Made by a program: the position numbers and the translations under genes. The notes under the pieces were generated by a model that searched no databases, was not told where the DNA came from, and saw only the letters and a program-made list of their open reading frames with translations. 19,103 bases of DNA. Source: Pseudobacteriovorax sp. (GTDB taxonomy: Bacteria > Bdellovibrionota_B > Oligoflexia > Oligoflexales > Oligoflexaceae). This document shows positions 16,233 through 19,103 of this stretch, in pieces. The stretch lies in assembly GCA_050293845.1 (NCBI GenBank), contig JBNKNM010000100.1:1-19103 (forward strand), given 5' to 3'. Every line of letters starts with the position of its first letter. The first letter of the stretch is position 1.

Positions 16233-19103
16233 ATGGCCTTACCAAATCGAAAAATATTGGTGACTTTCCTCGCTTTGTGCTGGAACCTTTCGCTACTGGG
16301 GCAGGATGAAACTATGCAATTTGATAAATTGCCGCCTATCTTAAACTATGTTCCTGAAAATGAATTGATGTCATTAATAGAGGCTGAATTCAATCTTCAG
16401 CATGTAGGGGAAAATATACCATCCAACGGCCGTAGGGCAGCGAAACAATATAGAGAAGTAAAAAAAAATTACAAAGGTTTAATTGCTAGAGCAGACTCTG
16501 CTGAACTTAGCACATTTCATAAATTTTTTGAGGATGCTCTACAAGTATATGCTTACTACATATCTACCGATTATCTGGGGAAAGCCAAAGCAAGAATTAA
16601 TCAATTGCGAGAGATTATTTATAAGCTTGGTGAATGGGTTTACTTAAAGGAAACTGATGCTGATAAACGGCTGAATGTGCAAATTCTGTACCTAGCCCAT
16701 GGTTTAGGCCAACCAGCATACTTAGCTGATTCCATCTCAAAAATAATTGAAAAAGATAAAAATGCTCCAGAAAATTTTGTAAACCCTATTAAACTGTTAC
16801 TTTATTTCAATTTGAATAGATCCCCCAGTACTGCAGGATCTGCAAAAATGATTTTAGATCAAGTTGCAGGAAAACTTACAACACGTCAACAAGTTATTGT
16901 TGATTTGATAGCCTTGCAGAATCGAACTGTTGGTGAGGAGGATGTCGGTCAAACGGATATTTCACCCGCACAAAATCGTAATATACTGCTAGATATCTCT
17001 AGAAAAGCGCAAAGAATTAAAGAGTTGGGTCTGCGATGGCGCGTGAACAGTACAATTTTGGATCTGTGGCTTAGAATGAATAAAAGTATAGACTGGCGCA
17101 ACGCGCCATTAATCGAGATTGAAAGTAAGTCAGGTATAGTTATCACTCCGATCCTTGAGCGCATTGTTATCGAAGAAATCGCTAGTGGTAATTTAAGCAA
17201 AGGGATCAAAACTTATAAGGCTCTTTCAAAAGCATTTCGTAGCCAAATCATTTCCATTCAACTAGATAATAGATATTTGTCTTTGTCCATAAAATTTGCA
17301 AAAAAAACAAGTGATTATGAATTTCTTGACCGTATCTACTATGAGCTTGTTACTAGGTATCAAAAACCCAATAGCCGTTTTAATAAACCGGCAAGAAAAG
17401 CCTATGTAGCATTTTTCTTAGGCTACAATCAATACATCCAAAGCCTGTTGGAGCAGGGCTTAAGTGGGAAGTTGGACACCAAAGCAAAAATTAGGATTGC
17501 TAATATTGCTAAGAAGTTTACAAGCACCTTTGCTAGTGCACGCACGCAAATTCTAAAAAATAAAGAATTACTGGCTAAACTTTATGAAAATTTAAAGAAA
17601 TATAAGGAAGCGGTAACTGAGTACTTGGACTTAACTAAAGAAGATCCTTTGAATTTCTATGAAAAGGCAAGTCATCCCCAGAAAATTTTAGCATCATGGC
17701 CGGAATCTCCTCCTTGGGGAAAAATTGGTAGAGGCAGCAAGGCAGAGCGACTGCATTTGATCAAAATTTATGAAGCTCTGGTTAGTGCCCAAAAAGATAA
17801 AGATGAAAAGGTGAATTGGGTGGACTTGGCTCATCTAGGCTTGTTATATGGAGTTACGGGACAAATTACTAAAGCCGAAGATCTTTGGGCTCCAGAAATT
17901 AAAAATGCTTCACCGTCCCCTCACGTTAATGGGGCTAGCGGTATATTACTAGCCTTCTACTATCGACAAAAGAAATGGGACCAGTTTATTAACCTTGCCA
18001 GAACTGCTGAGAATAAGAAAATCTTACCCACTTTGGAACAGCAGGTTCTGGATATGAAAAAATTCTACAAAATTGCATTGGTACAGAGGAGCCAAGAATC
18101 CATAAGGGAATCAAAATGGAAGGCCGCTATAGCGGATTATGAGGAAGTGGTGTCACGCTATCCAAAGGAACCGAATCGTCCTGCTTTGCTTGCAGAAATC
18201 GGTAGACTATACGTTAAATCTAAGGACATCCTGGGGGGAATGACAGCGATCAAAAAACTGCTTACTGAATATCCAAACAGCGCCCAAACAAAAAAATCAC
18301 TGCTGGAAGCTGGTGCATGGGGAAGCGGCTCCAAAGATGCTAAGGTGCTTGCTGAAGCAGCAAATTTTTATAAATGGTATTTGGAAAACTTTACTAATGA
18401 TCCCAATGTTCCTAAGGCGAGATTTGAATGCGCCAAGATTTACATAATGCTTAAGCAGTACCCACAGGCTTCTGGATACCTAAAGGATCACGCCTTAGAT
18501 CGTAGAGTGAATGTCCCAGATCGTGTCCGAGCAGCCTTGATGCATATTAATTTGGAAGATAAGTATGGTGAGAGAGAGCGAGCTATAGCTTCTTTGGTCC
18601 CTGTTATACGCATGGTGAAACCCAATTTTGGGGATGATCTCAACATATCGGCTCATGTTATACTGGCCAGGGTTGCAACTGAAAAGGTCAATATCCAGCA
18701 AATGAAGATAGAAGAAAAAATCTTAGCACCCCATATCAGCCGAAGATTGGATGTGGCTGATGCTTTAGGCTATCTTCGCCTATCCATGGCAAATCACTTT
18801 GAATACGAGATACCATTCCCGAATGAGCCTCATGGTATTGATACTTTCAGGCCAACAATAGATAAGATATTTAAGGCCTTTAGAATTATTCAGGATAGTT
18901 ACGAAAGAATTTGTTTAGCACGTGAAAATCGTTATTGTGAGCCTGCTTACGGCCGTTTGAAACAGTTTTCTCAGGATGCCTTGGATGCGATTGCAGCCGT
19001 GGAACTTGTTGGTAAAATACAACCCAAAATGCTCAAAGTTCTAAAGGAATATCAGCAGAATATTCTCCAAGAGGTACGGGAAGAAAAACAGAAATTTGAT
19101 CGC
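16233..19103 (+). CDS. Large exported tetratricopeptide-repeat protein (at least 957 aa), truncated by the right window edge
   Basis: ATG 16233 gives MALPNRKILVTFLALCWNLSLLG... and the frame stays open to 19103. TPR-like segments: LAKLYENLKKYKEAVTEY, WKAAIADYEEVVSRYPKEP, KKLLTEYPNS, AANFYKWYLENFTNDPNVPKARFECAKIY. Missing from the ORF track because there is no stop. Confidence 0.88.
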   Translation, partial: MALPNRKILVTFLALCWNLSLLGQDETMQFDKLPPILNYVPENELMSLIEAEFNLQHVGENIPSNGRRAAKQYREVKKNYKGLIARADSAELSTFHKFFEDALQVYAYYISTDYLGKAKARINQLREIIYKLGEWVYLKETDADKRLNVQILYLAHGLGQPAYLADSISKIIEKDKNAPENFVNPIKLLLYFNLNRSPSTAGSAKMILDQVAGKLTTRQQVIVDLIALQNRTVGEEDVGQTDISPAQNRNILLDISRKAQRIKELGLRWRVNSTILDLWLRMNKSIDWRNAPLIEIESKSGIVITPILERIVIEEIASGNLSKGIKTYKALSKAFRSQIISIQLDNRYLSLSIKFAKKTSDYEFLDRIYYELVTRYQKPNSRFNKPARKAYVAFFLGYNQYIQSLLEQGLSGKLDTKAKIRIANIAKKFTSTFASARTQILKNKELLAKLYENLKKYKEAVTEYLDLTKEDPLNFYEKASHPQKILASWPESPPWGKIGRGSKAERLHLIKIYEALVSAQKDKDEKVNWVDLAHLGLLYGVTGQITKAEDLWAPEIKNASPSPHVNGASGILLAFYYRQKKWDQFINLARTAENKKILPTLEQQVLDMKKFYKIALVQRSQESIRESKWKAAIADYEEVVSRYPKEPNRPALLAEIGRLYVKSKDILGGMTAIKKLLTEYPNSAQTKKSLLEAGAWGSGSKDAKVLAEAANFYKWYLENFTNDPNVPKARFECAKIYIMLKQYPQASGYLKDHALDRRVNVPDRVRAALMHINLEDKYGERERAIASLVPVIRMVKPNFGDDLNISAHVILARVATEKVNIQQMKIEEKILAPHISRRLDVADALGYLRLSMANHFEYEIPFPNEPHGIDTFRPTIDKIFKAFRIIQDSYERICLARENRYCEPAYGRLKQFSQDALDAIAAVELVGKIQPKMLKVLKEYQQNILQEVREEKQKFDR

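Noticed and set aside
16233..16300. Lipobox in the TPR protein (FLALC)
   Set aside because: Leu at -1 does not fit [LVI][ASTVI][GAS]C, so a standard signal peptide is more plausible.
16460..17307. A8-A9 tracts as phase-variation sites (also T8 near 5109 and 13458)
   Set aside because: Expected in AT-rich, Lys-rich coding sequence, and the frames are intact.
16949..18701. Minus-strand ORFs 16949..17209 and 18495..18701
   Set aside because: Antisense to the long TPR ORF.
1..19103. CRISPR array, tRNA or rRNA, retron or other defence system
   Set aside because: No spaced repeat array, structural RNA gene, RT, nuclease or Cas motif seen by eye.

Overview
AT-rich bacterial window with two parts. 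The left ~4 kb is an accessory zone: a DDE (rve) transposase running off the left edge, a tyrosine-recombinase fragment, an intact two-gene cassette (CFA-synthase-family SAM methyltransferase plus alpha/beta hydrolase), the 3' end (domain V/VI) of a group II intron that supplies the hydrolase stop codon, and a mosaic of IS and HAD-hydrolase fragments. The rest looks like stable chromosome: a small outer-membrane beta-barrel gene with a sigma54-type promoter, a secreted esterase and a DUF427 gene each preceded by a sigma28 (FliA)-type promoter, a stand-alone LuxR HTH, a fused 5-oxoprolinase/hydantoinase, a BtuF/BtuC/BtuD-like ABC importer, an OlsB-like GNAT coupled to an M14 carboxypeptidase and divergent from an OlsA/PlsC acyltransferase, and a TPR protein of at least 957 aa running off the right edge. 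The transposase and the TPR ORF are missing from the supplied ORF track. The gene and promoter mix would fit a Bdellovibrionota/Oligoflexia-like host, but that is inference. All family calls come from motifs read by eye; no searches were run.
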